A stretch of DNA of 63,641 bases, counting the filler, from Basidiobolus ranarum (taxonomy: Eukaryota): assembly GCA_040143965.1 (NCBI GenBank). It is 15 parts of 15 records of this genome, joined end to end, with 100 filler letters (N's around TTAATTAATTAA, not from the genome) between each part and the next. Parts side by side here need not be neighbours in the genome. Positions count along the whole stretch, not along the records: positions 59,507 to 63,641 come from JASJQH010008978.1; 14 more parts are not named here. The stretch is one strand, 5' to 3'. The translations under genes were made by a program, and so were the position numbers. Under the pieces are notes generated by a model, which made no database searches, was not told the DNA's origin, and saw only the letters and a list, made by a program, of their open reading frames with translations. Positions within the stretch are counted from its first letter, which is position 1. Each line of letters opens with the position of its first letter. Positions 62,430 through 63,641 of this stretch are shown one piece after another.

Positions 62430-63498
62430 TTCACCCTTCGTTGCTGAAGTTTGCGTAAACAGAAATGGTTAAGCTAAATAACTAAGTGACAGGTTAACCC
62501 CGAGTTACTCTGATATCTAACTTTTGATTCACATTCTAATTGGGCTTTCAATTTCCTTTTTAAGAATGCAGCACTCCTAAATCTTGACAAGATTTTAATT
62601 ATGATTACATTTTGGGATGTTACTCCACGACTACTGCTTCCTCCAATAGAAACACATTCAACCAGAAATCTTTCTTGAGAAAAGGTTTTCAAGTTACATT
62701 CATCGAATCATGGAATCATCGAAATAAGGATCCAATGATTGGATTTCTTTGGGGGAGAGAAAGCGCACTTAGAGGAAGCGCACCAATGAGTGTAGTTTCA
62801 ATTTAGTTGTATGTATTTTCCATCCAAATACAGAGACTTAGGATTAGGGATAGTTAATTGCCTCGAATAAATGGGCTAGAGATCAGTCTTTCCTATAAAG
62901 GTAGAGATAGCAAGATCCGATCCCGAAATTCTTGGGCTCTTTGGCCCAGAGATACGCCGTAGCTATTAGTCCGATGGTGATAGTCCTTAGCTCTCAGATC
63001 AGAAATTAGGTGCACAGTTATTCCGCATTAGGCAAAATGATTGGCTAGGTTATGGGAGTAGTTTTAATACTGCTGTAACAATTCAAATATATACAGAGGT
63101 GAAGAGGATGCTGATGAGAATGGTGGTGCAGGTGGTAACGCAGCTAGTGCTTAAAATACAGCTATTGGTTGAATGGACCAACAATATAAATGATAGAGAT
63201 AATGGTAGTAATGGTGTTAGTGCCTACAATAAACGAAGCGGTGGAAAAGGCGATGACAAAGGTGGTACTGGTAGCGGTGGAGATAGGAGTGGTGGATTAG
63301 ATGTGGTATAGGTAATAGTGGTAGCGATAAAAATGGGACTGGTGCATATGGTTATGAAATGGTAGGTCTTTGAGATGTTTGGAAATATTATCAATTCCTA
63401 TAACTGTTTGGATTATTTTCAATGGAAAAGGTGGTTAATATAAAGATAACAAAGTAGTAATAGCAGGACAGAAGCCCACAATAACATAGGGTACAAAG

Positions 63499-63641
63499 TG
63501 TTAAAGTATTTTGGGAGCCTGTTGGAAGTGGTTTGGAGTGTCGAAATTAGTATTGCCTAAACACTTATATAGTCATATATAGCTTAGTATTTAGTTATCC
63601 TATATTAAACTAAGGTATCACCCACTATTCTCAATCGGAAT
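63499..63641. mobile_element. LTR-A 3' tip (minus, 63499-63538) abutting an LTR-A 5' end (plus, from 63539)
   Basis: TGTTAAAGTATTTTGGGAGCCTGTTGGAAGTGGTTTGGAG followed by TGTCGAAATTAGTATTGCCTAAACAC. Confidence 0.8.

Overview
This is not one locus. It is 15 unrelated contigs of about 4.1 kb, sorted by decreasing size (4163 down to 4135 bp) and joined by 100-nt artificial linkers (N44-TTAATTAATTAA-N44), so nothing can be inferred across a linker. The source is an intron-rich, AT-rich fungus, probably early-diverging (inference: fused TRP synthase, short 50-90 nt GT-AG introns, HAM1/DUF4449-like protein, Crinkler-type kinase). Gene-bearing contigs carry TRP5, MSH2, an RPL18 3' end, histone H2A, a GAPDH 5' end, a Pho80-like cyclin, a pepsin-family protease, 6PF2K/FBPase2, a ceramide synthase and an MFS sugar transporter. 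Repeat contigs are CpG-depleted stacks of nested Ty1/copia and Ty3/gypsy elements, solo LTRs with 5-bp TSDs, and a CACTA-like relic. The most interesting items are: an intronless secreted aerolysin/ETX-MTX2-like protein convergent with an intronless HxxxD acyltransferase; a PD-(D/E)xK nuclease-kinase fusion of Crinkler type; a small spliced gene missed by the ORF track that encodes a degenerate R-SNARE-like protein; an unclassified repeat family ending in YACCCTAA; half-tRNA-primed copia elements; and a repeat pair showing CpG-targeted mutation directly. All family assignments come from motif reading, not database searches.
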